A stretch of DNA of 32,000 bases from Candidatus Karelsulcia muelleri. GTDB lineage: Bacteria > Bacteroidota > Bacteroidia > Flavobacteriales > Blattabacteriaceae. The stretch spans positions 90,001 to 122,000 of the forward strand of contig NZ_CP069423.1 in the NCBI RefSeq assembly GCF_016888765.1, read 5' to 3'. The position numbers were made by a program, and so were the translations under genes. Positions 7,757-18,780 of the stretch are shown here, piece by piece; position 1 is the first letter of the stretch; each line of letters opens with the position of its first letter. The notes below the pieces were generated by a model that did not search any database, was not told where the DNA came from, and was given only the letters and a program-made list of their open reading frames with translations.

Positions 7757-8071
7757 ATGGAGATAATTGGGACAGTAAAAAAAATCTTCGACTTGCAGGT
7801 CTATAAAAACAAGTTTAAAAAACGAGAACTTCTTATCAAAACAGCAGAACAATATCCTCAAATTTTAATAATAGAATTTATTCTTGATAAAACTAAATTA
7901 TTAAATTCATTGAAAAAAGATGACAAAATAAAGATATTTATTAATTTAAAAGGAAAAAAATGGACTACTAAAACAGGTGAAACAAGATTTTTCAATTCGA
8001 TTCAAGGTTGGAAAATAGCACACATTACAGAAAATAAAAAACAGCATGAATTTGATTCATTCCCTTTTTAG
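7757..8071 (+). CDS. DUF3127-like OB-fold protein with an SSB-like C-terminal tip
   Basis: MEIIGTVKKI...KKRELLIKTAEQYPQILIIEF...INLKGKKW...RFFNSIQGWKI resembles, from memory, the Bacteroidota DUF3127 family. The protein ends EFDSFPF, which resembles the acidic ...DDIPF tail of SSB. Confidence 0.6.
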   Translation: MEIIGTVKKIFDLQVYKNKFKKRELLIKTAEQYPQILIIEFILDKTKLLNSLKKDDKIKIFINLKGKKWTTKTGETRFFNSIQGWKIAHITENKKQHEFDSFPF

Positions 8072-8085
8072 GTAAAAAGGTGCGT

Positions 8086-9732
<1,647 letters not shown>

Positions 9733-10002
9733 TTAATTTATTATTGCTAGTATATCAGTTTGATGGAGAATTAAGTATTTTTTTTGCTTATAATTAATTT
9801 TAGTACCTGAATATTTTTTAAATAATACTTTTTCTCCAACTTTTAGGAGAGGGTTTTTTACCTCTTTTCCTACTGCTAAAATAATTCCTTCTTGGGGATT
9901 TTCTTTAGCATTTTCTGGGATAATTATTCCTGATTTTGTTTTATTTTCTGCTTTTAATGGTTTTATTAATATTCTTTCTGAAATAGGTATTATATTTTCC
10001 AT
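9733..10002 (-). CDS. groES: Co-chaperonin GroES
   Basis: The 89-aa protein reads IKPLKAENKTKSGIIIPENAKENPQEGIILAVG and sits immediately upstream of groEL on the same strand. Confidence 0.93.
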   Translation of the reverse strand: MENIIPISERILIKPLKAENKTKSGIIIPENAKENPQEGIILAVGKEVKNPLLKVGEKVLFKKYSGTKINYKQKKYLILHQTDILAIIN

Positions 10003-10092
10003 TTTTTGTTTGAATTTTACTAAATTCTATATTTTCTTTTTTTTAATTATAGTTTGAGTTTATAAAACTATTATTTTAAATAATTTAAATAA

Positions 10093-11403
10093 TTATGGGA
10101 GAATTTCTCCTATTAGTGTGGTAAAAGTAGACTTGAGAATTTTTACTTTTTTATAAGAACCAATCTTACTTTTATTTTTAGTAAAAACGATAATATCATT
10201 CTTATAATTTCTCCCATAATAATATTTTTCATCCTGTTTTGATATTCCTTCTATCAAAACTTCTTGGATTGTCCCAATATTTTGTTTTAATCGGTAAAAG
10301 GAATGCGATTTTTGAAGCCTGATAATTTCATTTAATCTGCTTATTTTTAAACTATTTGGGACATTATCTTTTAATTTTCTATATGCATAAGTACCTTGTC
10401 TAGAAGAATATTTAAACATAAAGGAAAAATTAAATTTTATTAGATTCATAATTCTTATTGTCTCTCTGTGATCTGCTTGAGTTTCAGTGCAAAATCCTGT
10501 CATTATATCACTAGAAATTGAACAATCAGGAATAATTTTTTTTATCCTTTTAATAATTAATAAAAATTCTTCAACTGTATATTTTCTCCTCATTAATGAT
10601 AAAATTCTTGTACTACCTGATTGCAGCGGGAGATGAAAATGCTTACATATATTGGTATACTTCTTAACAACTTTTAAAAGATTTTTTGTGATATTAGAAG
10701 GATAAGATGTTAAGAAACGAATTCTCATTAATGGAACTGTTTTGGCTATTAATTCTAATAGTTGGAAAAATTTCATTTTTTTCCAAAAATACGCATCTAC
10801 ATTTTGTCCTAAAAGTATTATTTCTTTATAACCTTTTTTATAGAGTAGTTTGCATTCTTTTAATATACTATTAGGATTTCTGCTTTTTTCTCTACCCCTA
10901 GTATAAGGTACTATGCAAAAAGTACACATATTATCACATCCTCTCATTATTGAGAGAAAAGCTGAGATGCCATTTCTTACTCCCTTAGGAATTATATTTG
11001 TATATCTTTCTTTATTTGCTAAGCTTACATCAATTTCTTTTTTATTATTTTTTAATTTATTAATAATTTCTGGCAGCTGTTTATAAGAATCTGGACCAAC
11101 TATTAAATCTAGAAACTTGAATTTTTCAAATAGTTTTTTTTTATAATGTGTCGCTAAACAACCTACTATTCCAAGTTTTAGTTGTTTCTTTTTTTTTTTA
11201 AAACATTTTATTTTGATCAAACGATTAAATATTTTTTTTTCTGGTTTTTCACGTATAGAACAGGTATTTAATAATATTATATCAGCCTTTTTTAAATTAG
11301 AGGTTTTAATAAAACCTGATTTTAACAGAATGGAACATATTATTTCACTATCATATATATTCATTTGACAGCCATAAGTTTCTAGATAGAATTTCATACT
11401 CAT
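10093..11403 (-). CDS. miaB: tRNA-i6A37 methylthiotransferase MiaB
   Basis: The N-terminal YLETYGCQMNIYDSE segment is present. The radical-SAM cluster motif GCDNMCTFCIVPYTRG and a C-terminal TRAM-like region (IQEVLIEGISK) are also present. Confidence 0.88.
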   Translation of the reverse strand: MSMKFYLETYGCQMNIYDSEIICSILLKSGFIKTSNLKKADIILLNTCSIREKPEKKIFNRLIKIKCFKKKKKQLKLGIVGCLATHYKKKLFEKFKFLDLIVGPDSYKQLPEIINKLKNNKKEIDVSLANKERYTNIIPKGVRNGISAFLSIMRGCDNMCTFCIVPYTRGREKSRNPNSILKECKLLYKKGYKEIILLGQNVDAYFWKKMKFFQLLELIAKTVPLMRIRFLTSYPSNITKNLLKVVKKYTNICKHFHLPLQSGSTRILSLMRRKYTVEEFLLIIKRIKKIIPDCSISSDIMTGFCTETQADHRETIRIMNLIKFNFSFMFKYSSRQGTYAYRKLKDNVPNSLKISRLNEIIRLQKSHSFYRLKQNIGTIQEVLIEGISKQDEKYYYGRNYKNDIIVFTKNKSKIGSYKKVKILKSTFTTLIGEILP

Positions 11404-11441
11404 CTGTTATGTATTATTAATATAATTTATTAGAAAAAAAA

Positions 11442-12869
11442 TTGAAGAAAAAAAATAAAAATATTTTATATCATTATAAATATGGATTCAATTATAAAAT
11501 TGAATCTGATAAGATTTCCAAAGGACTTAACAAAAAGATTATTTTTGAAATTTCAAAAAAAAATAAAGAACCTAAGTGGTTATTAAATTTTAGATTAAGA
11601 GCTTTTAAATTATTAAAACAAATCTCTCTACCTAAATGGGGAAATGTAAAATATAAAAAACTTGATTTACAGAATTTAAGATATTATTCAGCTCCAAAAA
11701 ATTATAAACAGAATAAAATTGATCCTGAATTAATAAAAACTTTAAAGAAATTAAAACTGCCCATAAATAATAAAACTCAGAAATCTCAGCTTTACAAAAA
11801 AATTATTGAAATAATAATTGATTCGGTTTCTGTAACTACTTATTTTAAAAAATTATTATTTGAAAAAGGCATAATATTTTGTTCTATAAGTAAAGCCATA
11901 AGATACTATCCTAAATTAGTTAAAAAATATCTGAGTAAAGCAATTCCGATAAATGATAATTTTTTTTCTACTTTAAATTCTTCAGTCTTTTCTGATGGCT
12001 CTTTTTGTTATATTCCCAAAAATATACGATGTCCGATTGAGTTATCTACTTATTTTAGAATTAATGAATCAGGTACAGGACAGTTTGAAAGAACTCTTTT
12101 GATAGCAGATAAAAATTCATATGTCAGTTATTTAGAAGGTTGTACAGCTCCTCAAAGAAAAGAAAATCAATTACATGCTGCAGTTGTAGAATTAATTGCT
12201 AGGGATGGTGCTGAAATTAAATATTCTACTGTTCAGAACTGGTTTCCAGGAACTAAAAAAGGACTTGGTGGAATCTTTAATTTTGTTACCAAAAGAGGTA
12301 TATGTGAAAATAAATCCAAAATTTCATGGACTCAAATCGAAACTGGCTCTGCTATCACTTGGAAATATCCAGCCTGTATTTTGAAAGGAAAAAATTCAAA
12401 AGGAAATTTTTTTTCAATAGCAATTACAAAAAATTATCAACAAGCTGATACTGGTACTAAAATGATTCATATTGGAGAAAATTCAAAAAGTATTATAATT
12501 TCTAAAGCTATTTCTACTGGGAATTCTCAAACAACTTATAGGGGATTAGTTAATATTTTAAACTCTGCTTTAAATTCTAGAAATTATACTCAATGTGATT
12601 CTTTATTATTTGGTACTCAATGCAAAACTTATACTATACCAGATATACAAGTCGAAAATTCTGCATCTCAAGTTGAACATGAAGCTATAATTTCTTTGAT
12701 TGAAAGGTCTAAAATCTTTTATTGCAATCAACGTGGAATAAGAAAGGAAAAAGCTTTACAGTTAATAGTTAACGGATATAGCAGAGAAATAATTAATAAA
12801 TTGCCTTTAGAGTTTGCGTTAGAGGCCAGAAAATTATTAGATTTAACTATAGAAAATTCTATTGGATAA
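11442..12869 (+). CDS. sufB: Fe-S cluster assembly protein SufB
   Basis: YKYGF...ISKGLN, FCYIPKN, TLLIADKNSYVSYLEGCTAP, VELIARDGAEIKYSTVQNW and HEA...S match SufB. TTG is the apparent start, with no earlier in-frame ATG, GTG or TTG after the stop at 11382-11384. Confidence 0.93.
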   Translation: MKKKNKNILYHYKYGFNYKIESDKISKGLNKKIIFEISKKNKEPKWLLNFRLRAFKLLKQISLPKWGNVKYKKLDLQNLRYYSAPKNYKQNKIDPELIKTLKKLKLPINNKTQKSQLYKKIIEIIIDSVSVTTYFKKLLFEKGIIFCSISKAIRYYPKLVKKYLSKAIPINDNFFSTLNSSVFSDGSFCYIPKNIRCPIELSTYFRINESGTGQFERTLLIADKNSYVSYLEGCTAPQRKENQLHAAVVELIARDGAEIKYSTVQNWFPGTKKGLGGIFNFVTKRGICENKSKISWTQIETGSAITWKYPACILKGKNSKGNFFSIAITKNYQQADTGTKMIHIGENSKSIIISKAISTGNSQTTYRGLVNILNSALNSRNYTQCDSLLFGTQCKTYTIPDIQVENSASQVEHEAIISLIERSKIFYCNQRGIRKEKALQLIVNGYSREIINKLPLEFALEARKLLDLTIENSIG

Positions 12870-12902
12870 GTTTTTATAAAATAGAAAACTTCAATTTTTT
12901 TA

Positions 12903-13646
12903 ATGTTGTTAAAAATTATCGATTTATCAGCTTCAATAAATAATAAAATAATATTAAATAATATTAATTTAAATATTAATTATAATGAAGTTCATGTACT
13001 TATGGGGCCAAATGGCTCTGGAAAAAGTACTTTGTCTGCTATTATAGCTGGGAAAAAAGAATTTTCTATTTTAAAAGGGAAAATTTTATTTGAAAAAAAA
13101 AATATAACTTACTTATCTCCTGAAGAAATTGCACAGCGAGGTATTTTTTTATCTTTTCAAGATCCTATAGAAATCCCTGGAATATCAATTCTAAATTTTA
13201 TTAAATATTCAATAAACGAAATTAGAAAAAGTAAAAATTTGAAAGAAATTTCTTCTAAAGATTTTCTTAAAAAAGTTTACAAAGTTTCTAAAATGCTTGG
13301 TTTTAAGAAAGCTTTTTTATCACGATATATGAATTTTGGATTTTCTGGAGGGGAAAAAAAGCGTTGTGAAATTTTTCAAATGGGAATGATAGAACCTAAA
13401 TTTGCAATTTTAGACGAAATTGATTCTGGGTTAGATTTGGATGCTCTTAAAATTATTGCTAATGGTATTTTGAGATTAAAGAAGAAAAAAGCCTCAATTT
13501 TAATTATTACTCATTATAATAGAATTTTAAAATTTATAAAACCAGATAAAATACATATTTTATATAAAGGCCAGATTATTAAATCTGGTTCTAAAAATTT
13601 AGCTCTAAAAATAGAAAAATATGGTTATGAAGGTTTAAAGAAATGA
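12903..13646 (+). CDS. sufC: Fe-S cluster assembly ATPase SufC
   Basis: The Walker A motif GPNGSGKSTL, the ABC signature FSGGEKKR and the Walker B motif ILDEIDSGLD are present. Confidence 0.95.
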   Translation: MLLKIIDLSASINNKIILNNINLNINYNEVHVLMGPNGSGKSTLSAIIAGKKEFSILKGKILFEKKNITYLSPEEIAQRGIFLSFQDPIEIPGISILNFIKYSINEIRKSKNLKEISSKDFLKKVYKVSKMLGFKKAFLSRYMNFGFSGGEKKRCEIFQMGMIEPKFAILDEIDSGLDLDALKIIANGILRLKKKKASILIITHYNRILKFIKPDKIHILYKGQIIKSGSKNLALKIEKYGYEGLKK

Positions 13647-14935
13647 CTTTAAAGGAAAAAATTTTGTTTTTATTAAAAAACAAAGAAAAAAGCCCTAATA
13701 AATATCTTGAAAATATTATTACTAAGTCAATTGTTTGTTTTAAGAAAATCGGTTTTACCGAATTAAAGAAAACTTGTTTTAAGTCTGTTTTAAATGCTGA
13801 CTTTGATCTACCCAATAGAAATAACGAGATAGAATCTTCTCTTTTAAAAAAATTATCATTTAATAATAAATTTATTTCACTTTATTTTATCAATGGTTTT
13901 TTGAACTCCAAATTATCTAATTTATGTAAATTAAAAAAATATATAAAATTTGATTCATTAAATAATTGCTTATTTAACAAAAACAAACAAATTACTAAAT
14001 ATTTTTGTAATACTCTTTTTTATAAAGAGAATTTGTTTGTTCCTAACTCTTTCATTGCTATAAATATTTCTTTAACAACTGATGGCATATTTATAAAAAT
14101 TCCAAAAAATACTAATTTAAAGATCCCAATAGAAATAATAAATATTTATTCCCCTAAAAAATCTAGTATAATTAATTTTAAGAATATTATCGTAGTTGGA
14201 AAAAATTCTAAGTTAAAAATTATTGAAAGACATATTTCAACAAGCAAAAATTCCATTTTTAGCAATGTTTTTACAGAAATTTTTTCAAAAGATCAAAGCA
14301 AGATAGAACTTTTTAAGTTAGAAAATGATTTACGAAAAACTTATTTAATAGATAATACTTTTATTAAGCAAAGTTCGAAGAGTGTCTGTAAAGTCTTTAC
14401 TTTTTCATCAAATATAAGAAATCTTATTAATAATATTAATTGTGTTCAAGTTGGAACAGACACTCACTCATTTTTTAATGGACTTTCTTTTTTTAAGAAA
14501 AGTAATAAGATAAGTAAAATATATAATAATATCTTTCTTAAAAGTTTATTTTCTAATTCTGTTAGTTTACAGAATTATAAAGGTATTTTTAGCAAAAATT
14601 CTTATGGAATTTTTAAAAGCAAACTTAAAATTAAGGAGAATTTATATAATATTAAGTCCAAACAAATAAATAGCAATTTATTATTATCTAATTCTTCTAA
14701 AGTTTTATCTCGACCAGAATTTCAAACTGCATCAAGTAAAGTAAAATGTTCACATGGTACAAATATAGGAAAACTCGAGAAAAAAACTCTATTTTTTTTT
14801 AGATCTAGAGGAATAGAAAAAAAAAAATCAAGAAAATTGGCTATTTTAATTTTTGCAAACGAGCTAATAAAATTAGTAAATTTAAATATTTTAAAAAATA
14901 ATATTAGAGATTACTTTAAACAGAATATTAGATGA
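13643..14935 (+). CDS. sufD: Fe-S cluster assembly protein SufD
   Basis: The C-terminal LLLSNSSKVLSRPEFQTASSKVKCSHGTNIGKLEKKTLFFFRSRGIEKKKSRKL segment matches the SufD/SufB beta-helix core. The start overlaps the sufC stop in an ATGA junction. Confidence 0.78.
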   Translation: MTLKEKILFLLKNKEKSPNKYLENIITKSIVCFKKIGFTELKKTCFKSVLNADFDLPNRNNEIESSLLKKLSFNNKFISLYFINGFLNSKLSNLCKLKKYIKFDSLNNCLFNKNKQITKYFCNTLFYKENLFVPNSFIAINISLTTDGIFIKIPKNTNLKIPIEIINIYSPKKSSIINFKNIIVVGKNSKLKIIERHISTSKNSIFSNVFTEIFSKDQSKIELFKLENDLRKTYLIDNTFIKQSSKSVCKVFTFSSNIRNLINNINCVQVGTDTHSFFNGLSFFKKSNKISKIYNNIFLKSLFSNSVSLQNYKGIFSKNSYGIFKSKLKIKENLYNIKSKQINSNLLLSNSSKVLSRPEFQTASSKVKCSHGTNIGKLEKKTLFFFRSRGIEKKKSRKLAILIFANELIKLVNLNILKNNIRDYFKQNIR

Positions 14936-14951
14936 ATAAAATTTCAGGCTC

Positions 14952-16154
14952 ATGTTTTCTTATGAAGAAATAAAAACAATTCGTAAGCAATTTCCAATTT
15001 TGAAAAAAAAAAATATAATATATTTTGATAATGCAGCAACTACTCAAAAACCTTTTCAAGTAATAAATGCAATAACAAAGTATTATTGTAATTTTAATTC
15101 TAATGTCAAACGAAGTTTTAATTTTTTAGGCCAAGTTTCGACTAATTGTTTAGAATTAAGTCGAAATAATATTAAAGCTTTTATTAATGCTAAATCTAGA
15201 GAAGAAATAATTTTTACTAGTGGAACCACAGAAAGTATAAATTTAATAGCATTTTGTATTTATAAATTAATTAAAAAATACGATAATATTATTATATCAC
15301 ATTCTGAACATCATTCAAATATAATTCCTTGGCAAGTTTTAAGCCAAAAGAAGCAGGCCACTTTAAAAGTAATTCCAGTTAATTCAGAAGGCGAATTAAA
15401 TCTTAGAAGTTTTAAGAAATTAATTACAAAAAACACAAAATTGATTTCTATTAGTCATGTTACTAACACATTTGGAATTATTAATCCTATTAAAACCCTG
15501 ATTAAAACTGCTCATAAGTATAATTCTTTAGTTTTAATTGATGGTTCCCAAGCAATATCCCATCTCACTATTGATGTGCAAAATTTAGCGTGTGATTTTT
15601 ATGTATTTTCCAGCCATAAAATGTATGGACCTACTGGATTAGGTATTTTATATGGGAAAAAAAAACTCCTTGATAAGTTTCCTCCTTATCAAGGTGGAGG
15701 GGGAATGATTGAAAAAGTAACTTTAAAAAAAACTATATTTTCTGGTCTTCCTTTTAAACTAGAAGCTGGGACACCAAACATTTCAGGAATAATTGGAACT
15801 AATAAAGCTTTAAATTTTATTGTCAATTATTCTATTCGAAAAATAAATAATTATGAAACTAAACTCCTGAAATATGCTCTTAAAATTTTAAGTAATATAA
15901 AGGGAATTAAAATTTATAATTATAACAAGATTTTATCTTTTAATATAGAAAATATACATTCATTTGATTTGGGAAAATTATTAAATAATCATGGGATAGC
16001 TGTTAGAACTGGAACACATTGTGCTCAACCAATCATGGATTACTTAAAACTTAATGGAACGATTCGGATAAGTTTCGCAATATATAATACTATTGAAGAA
16101 ATTGATATATTTTATAATTCTTTAATTAAAGTTTTAGATTTTTTTATTTATTAA
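14952..16154 (+). CDS. sufS: Cysteine desulfurase SufS (class V aminotransferase)
   Basis: FDNAATTQKP, the PLP-lysine region SSHKMYGPTGLGILYG and the active-site cysteine region RTGTHCAQP are present. Confidence 0.9.
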   Translation: MFSYEEIKTIRKQFPILKKKNIIYFDNAATTQKPFQVINAITKYYCNFNSNVKRSFNFLGQVSTNCLELSRNNIKAFINAKSREEIIFTSGTTESINLIAFCIYKLIKKYDNIIISHSEHHSNIIPWQVLSQKKQATLKVIPVNSEGELNLRSFKKLITKNTKLISISHVTNTFGIINPIKTLIKTAHKYNSLVLIDGSQAISHLTIDVQNLACDFYVFSSHKMYGPTGLGILYGKKKLLDKFPPYQGGGGMIEKVTLKKTIFSGLPFKLEAGTPNISGIIGTNKALNFIVNYSIRKINNYETKLLKYALKILSNIKGIKIYNYNKILSFNIENIHSFDLGKLLNNHGIAVRTGTHCAQPIMDYLKLNGTIRISFAIYNTIEEIDIFYNSLIKVLDFFIY

Positions 16155-16164
16155 ATAAATAAAA

Positions 16165-17832
16165 ATGAAAAAAAAAATAAGAATATTTAATTTAATAACT
16201 ATAAAAGACTTAGCCTCATTAACTAATGTACGAAAAGAGGAAATAATAAAGATTTGTAGTTCCTTAGGAATTAAAGTATCTGTTTATCAACGATTAGATT
16301 ATGAATTATTGACTTTAGTGGCTTCAGATTTGGGATATGAAGTTGAATTGATAGATAAACAAATAATAAGACGCAATAAAGCCAGAATATCAAGAGATCC
16401 AGTTATTATTCTTCTAGGTCATGTTGACCATGGAAAAACTTCTTTATTAGACTACATAAAAAGAAGCAAAGTAAATTATGAAGAATATGGTGGGATTACT
16501 CAAAACATAGGAGTGTATAAAGTAAATATTAATAAAAATAATAGTTTAACTTTTATAGATACTCCAGGACATGAAGCTTTTCTGGCGATGAGATATAGGG
16601 GGACTCAAATAACGGATCTCGCTGTAGTAGTAATAGCTATTGATGAAGACATTATGCAACATACTAATGAAGCAATAAATAATGCCAAAGCGGTTGGCAT
16701 ACCTATTATCTTTGCTTTTAATAAAATAGATAAAAAAAATTCAGATATAGATAAAATAAGGAGAAAATTAGCAGAAAGAAATCTTTTAGTTGAAGACTGG
16801 GGTGGGGCTTATCAATCACAAGAAATATCTGCAAAATATGGCATTGGAATAGATAAACTAATAGAAAAAATAATTTTAGAAGCTGAATTATTAGATTTAA
16901 AATCCTCTCAAGAGAAGGCTGTCGGTTCGATCATAGAATCCTCTTTAAATAAAGAAAATGGATATACAGCTACAATAATTATTAAAGATGGAATCTTAAC
17001 TTTAGGAGATTATCTCTTAGTTGGAGAAATTTTTGGTAAAGTAATTAAAATACTAGACGAAAGAGGTAATCAGCTGAAATATGTTCGACCTTCACGACCA
17101 GTCTTAATTTTTGGTCTTAATGGAGCCCCAGCAACAGGAGATATCTTTCATTCCTATAAAACGGAAACAGAATTTCAAAAAAGATTTTCTTATAAAAATC
17201 TTTTAAAAAAAGAGCCAGATTTAAGATTCGAAACTAAGCCCTCAGAAAAACTAAACTTAATAATTAAGGCAGATTTAAACGGATCTCTAGAAGCTCTTAC
17301 TGAAGTTTTAGAAAAAATTATTCTAAATAATAAAAAAATAAATTTAATTTATAAAAGCATAGGAAATATTAATGAATCGGATGTTTTACTAGCAGATACG
17401 TACAAAGCTATGATAGTTGGTTTTAAAGTTAAAATTTCTTCAGCAGCCCAAAAAATAGCTAATAAGAAGAAGATACTTATTAAATTATATAATATAATAT
17501 ATAAAATTGATAAAAAGCTCAAGGAGTTTTTGAGCAATAATTCAAAGAGAGCAGAGTTAATTTACGGGAGAGCAAAAATAAAAACTTTTTTTACTATCCG
17601 AAAACTTGGTATAGTAGCAGGTTGTATCGTTTTAGAAGGTAAAATGGTAATCAATTCAAAGCTAAAATTAAAAAGAGATAATCAAAGTTTTTATATTGGT
17701 AAATTGACTTCTTTAAAAACTTTTAAAAAAGATGTAAATCTAGTAAAAAAAGGTTGTGAATGTGGAATAAATATTAAAAATATTAATAATATTAAAATAG
17801 GAGATATTATAGAAGCCTATAAGGAGATATAG
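16165..17832 (+). CDS. infB: Translation initiation factor IF-2, short form (555 aa)
   Basis: An IF2_N-like segment (IKDLASLTNVRKEEIIKICSSLGI) is directly followed by the G domain (GHVDHGKTSLLD, DTPGHEAF, NKID). The C-terminal domains are present, but the long N-terminal region of free-living homologues is absent. Confidence 0.93.
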   Translation: MKKKIRIFNLITIKDLASLTNVRKEEIIKICSSLGIKVSVYQRLDYELLTLVASDLGYEVELIDKQIIRRNKARISRDPVIILLGHVDHGKTSLLDYIKRSKVNYEEYGGITQNIGVYKVNINKNNSLTFIDTPGHEAFLAMRYRGTQITDLAVVVIAIDEDIMQHTNEAINNAKAVGIPIIFAFNKIDKKNSDIDKIRRKLAERNLLVEDWGGAYQSQEISAKYGIGIDKLIEKIILEAELLDLKSSQEKAVGSIIESSLNKENGYTATIIIKDGILTLGDYLLVGEIFGKVIKILDERGNQLKYVRPSRPVLIFGLNGAPATGDIFHSYKTETEFQKRFSYKNLLKKEPDLRFETKPSEKLNLIIKADLNGSLEALTEVLEKIILNNKKINLIYKSIGNINESDVLLADTYKAMIVGFKVKISSAAQKIANKKKILIKLYNIIYKIDKKLKEFLSNNSKRAELIYGRAKIKTFFTIRKLGIVAGCIVLEGKMVINSKLKLKRDNQSFYIGKLTSLKTFKKDVNLVKKGCECGINIKNINNIKIGDIIEAYKEI

Positions 17833-17835
17833 AAT

Positions 17836-18054
17836 CTAAGGTAATTTATTGATATAAATCTGGATTTTTCTTTTTAATCTATTGGCTTTATTTTTAGGTA
17901 TAATTTTTTTTTGGGCTAATTTATCGATTAAGGCTGAAGTGAAACTAAATTTTAGTTGTGCTATTTTTTTATCTTTTACTGATTTATTCTTTTTAATTGC
18001 AGTTTTTGTGGTTTTCAAAAAATATTTTTTGGTAATTGTTTTATGTGAACCCAT
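17836..18054 (-). CDS. rpsT: 30S ribosomal protein S20
   Basis: MGSHKT...TAIKK...LIDKLAQKKIIPKNKANRLKRKIQIYINKL matches the S20 pattern (..HKNKAAR.K..L...I..L). Confidence 0.8.
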   Translation of the reverse strand: MGSHKTITKKYFLKTTKTAIKKNKSVKDKKIAQLKFSFTSALIDKLAQKKIIPKNKANRLKRKIQIYINKLP

Positions 18055-18067
18055 TCTTTCTTATTTA

Positions 18068-18139
18068 TAGCCCATAGGGGAATTGAACCCCTCTTTTCAG
18101 AATGAAAATCTGATGTCCTAACCAATAGACGAATGGGCC
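18068..18139 (-). tRNA. tRNA-Glu (anticodon TTC)
   Basis: Hand-folded, 72 nt: GGCCCAT TC GTCT ATTGGTTA GGAC A TCAGA TTTTCAT TCTGA AAAG AGGGG TTCAATT CCCCT ATGGGCT A. The 4-nt variable loop is typical of tRNA-Glu. The 1:72 pair is G-U. Confidence 0.9.
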
Positions 18140-18153
18140 CTTAAATATTTTTA

Positions 18154-18426
18154 TCAAGTATTAGTTTTTTTAAAAGGTTTTTTGGAAAAAACTCCTGTTT
18201 TATATAAAACAGATTTAACCGTATTAGTAGGTTGTGCACCTTTTTCTAACCAATAGATAGCTTTCTCCACATTGACTTCAACCATATATGGAGTTTTAAT
18301 GGGATTGTAAATGCCGATTTTTTCAATGAATTTTCCATCTCTAGGAGAATTGGAATTAGCTATTATAATGGAATAAAACGGTTGTTTTGTTTTTCCCTTT
18401 CTTTGGAGACGTATTCTAAGAGACAT
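18154..18426 (-). CDS. rpsP: 30S ribosomal protein S16
   Basis: MSLRIRLQRKGKTKQPFYSIIIANSNSPRDGKFIEKIGIYNP is the classic S16 N-terminus. Confidence 0.92.
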   Translation of the reverse strand: MSLRIRLQRKGKTKQPFYSIIIANSNSPRDGKFIEKIGIYNPIKTPYMVEVNVEKAIYWLEKGAQPTNTVKSVLYKTGVFSKKPFKKTNT

Positions 18427-18503
18427 AAATTGAATTGAGTAAATAAAGTATATATAATAAAATATACTTATATTGTAAAAAACATTTAGCTTTAGAGGTC
18501 GAA

Positions 18504-18574
18504 AGATTCGTGGTGTAATGGTAGCACCGCAGATTTTGGTTCTGTTAGTTGGGGTTCAAATCCCTACGAATCTG
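18504..18574 (+). tRNA. tRNA-Gln (anticodon TTG)
   Basis: Hand-folded, 71 nt: AGATTCG TG GTGT AATGGTA GCAC C GCAGA TTTTGGT TCTGT TAGT TGGGG TTCAAAT CCCTA CGAATCT G. The acceptor stem is a perfect 7 bp with an A1-U72 pair. Confidence 0.9.
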
Positions 18575-18591
18575 TAGGAAATTGATTTGAT

Positions 18592-18780
18592 ATGGCACAT
18601 CCAAAAAAAAGAAAATCTAAATCTAAAACCCGAAAAAGAAGAAATAGCAAAAAGCTCGAGATTATTAATCTATATAAAGATAAACTTAGTAAGCAATTTC
18701 ATGTTTATCATAGAGGACTTTTAATTGATAAAACGATTTATTACAAAGGGAGAGTGTTTAAAAGAAAGACTATCTCTTGA
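18592..18780 (+). CDS. rpmF: 50S ribosomal protein L32
   Basis: MAHPKKRKSKSKTRKRRNSKK is the conserved L32 N-terminus. No zinc-ribbon cysteines are present. Confidence 0.85.
   Translation: MAHPKKRKSKSKTRKRRNSKKLEIINLYKDKLSKQFHVYHRGLLIDKTIYYKGRVFKRKTIS

Noticed and set aside
10003-10092. A search for a CIRCE-type (TTAGCACTC-N9-GAGTGCTAA) heat-shock operator or another obvious regulatory inverted repeat upstream of groES.
   Set aside because: No such inverted repeat is present, and the spacer is plain AT-rich sequence.
12196-12384. A 62-aa same-strand alternative-frame ORF inside sufB.
   Set aside because: It is embedded in the conserved SufB core in a different frame and has no recognisable protein features.
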